In this document: positions 8,438 to 9,141 of the stretch, one piece after another
Position numbering within the stretch: position 1 is the stretch's first letter
How the letters are laid out: the number at the start of each line of letters is the position of its first letter
Assembly (NCBI RefSeq): GCF_006345805.1
Contig: NW_021828005.1
Coordinates: 1 to 9,141 of the forward strand
DNA from: Octopus sinensis
Taxonomy: Eukaryota
Direction of reading: 5' to 3'
DNA: 9,141 nucleotides
Notes under the pieces: model-generated
What the model was told of the DNA's origin: nothing
What the model saw: the letters and a program-made list of their open reading frames with translations, nothing else
The model's database searches: none
Translations under genes and position numbers: made by a program

Positions 8438-8872
8438 AGGCGCAGGAGTGGCTGTGTGGTAAGTAGCTTGCTAACCAACCACATGGTTCCGGGTTCAGTC
8501 CCACTGCGTGGCATCTTGGGCAAGTGTCTTCTGCTATAGCCTCGGGCCGACCAATGCCTTGTGAGTGGATTTCGTAGACGGAAACTGAAAGAAGCCAGTC
8601 TTATATATGAAATAATAGTATATATGTGTTTGTGTGTGTGTGTATGTGTTGTGTGTCTGGTGTTTGTCCCCCTAGCATTGCTTGACAAACCGATGCTGGG
8701 TGTGTTTACGTCCCCGTCACTTAGCGTTCGGCAAAAGAGACCGATAGAATAAGTACTGGCTTACAAAGAATAAGTCCCGGGGTCGATTTGCTCGACTAAA
8801 AAGGCGGTGCTTCAGCATGGCCGCAGTCAAATGACTGAAACAAGTAAAAGAGTAAAAAGAGAGAGAGAGAGT
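8438..8872 (+). mobile_element. Family-1 SINE, copy E (full length, (AG)n tail)
   Basis: It runs from aggcgcaggagtggctgtgtggtaag to tgactgaaacaagtaaaagagtaaaaagagagag and is colinear with A, B and D. Confidence 0.93.
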
Positions 8873-9049
8873 ACGATTCTATGTGTGAATTTGGGGGGGG
8901 GGATCTGAATGTTGTGTCTAGCGATAACAGAAAAAGAAAAAGAAAAATGAAATGGTTTGTGTATCAATATTAAGTAAACATTGCGGTAAATATTGCACCA
9001 AGTTGTTAGACTGAGGAAAAAGGAATTAAGAAGAAGCAATTTTACTTAC

Positions 9050-9122
9050 AATCAAAAGCATACTCCGAATGTTCGCTCTCATCTAGAGCCAACACAACAT
9101 ATTTCTCCTCCGAAACAGCCAT
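9050..9122 (-). CDS. First coding exon of a universal stress protein (USP/UspA-domain) gene
   Basis: The reverse complement reads gttgcaATGg (G at -3 and +4), then MAVSEEKYVVLALDESEHSEYAFD plus 1 nt, then the donor GTAAGT (9049-9044, phase 1). VVLALDESEHSEYAFD matches the USP beta1-alpha1 signature (hydrophobic strand, A-x-D-x-S-x-x-S-x-x-A-F/L). Recognised from family knowledge; no database search was run. Confidence 0.82.
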
Positions 9123-9141
9123 TGCAACGGTGATGAGAGAA

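Larger units (their letters stand above)
1775..9049 (-). other. Putative first intron of the USP gene (GT-AG, about 7.3 kb; longer if the 1611-1777 exon is not used)
   Basis: The donor GTAAGT at 9049 is strong. The 3' boundary depends on the candidate exon. I found no other USP-like coding segment in between. Confidence 0.45.

Noticed and set aside
58-8752. Recurring 'ASFSFRLPNP..WSARGYS..PRSGTEPGTMWLVSKLLTT' ORFs (58-351, 4654-4953, 8311-8688 and others)
   Set aside because: They are antisense translations of family-1 SINE copies, not a protein family.
8793-8920. Nearby strong acceptor (TAG 8920-8918) as USP exon 2
   Set aside because: It gives YTTFRSPPPNSH…, which is not USP-like, and runs into antisense SINE E and a stop.
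1-9141. CRISPR array or prokaryotic defence system
   Set aside because: There are no regularly spaced repeats with unique spacers and no prokaryotic ORFs; the dispersed repeats are SINEs.

Overview
AT-rich eukaryotic genomic DNA that is dense in microsatellites and SINEs. The SINE architecture resembles octopus/cephalopod elements, so the organism is an inference. It is not a prokaryotic window: there is no CRISPR array, operon or rRNA. Most listed ORFs are translations of microsatellites or SINEs. The ORF track misses the one recognisable gene, a 73-nt first coding exon on the minus strand (9122-9050). It reads MAVSEEKYVVLALDESEHSEYAFD, carries the N-terminal universal stress protein (USP/UspA) signature, and is followed by a perfect GTAAGT donor. 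About 7.3 kb downstream, a phase-compatible candidate exon 2 (1774/1777-1611) sits behind a tandem TAG/CAG acceptor. It continues the USP alpha1-beta2 pattern but stops after 78-79 aa, before the C-terminal ATP-binding half. The window holds about 10 tRNA-derived SINE copies from about four families. These include a dimer with a perfect 16-bp target-site duplication (TSD), a copy with a 17-bp TSD, and nested and inverted pairs. An unexplained CpG/G-rich island lies at about 7095-7720. I found no clear new biological system; the best lead is the possibly truncated USP gene.
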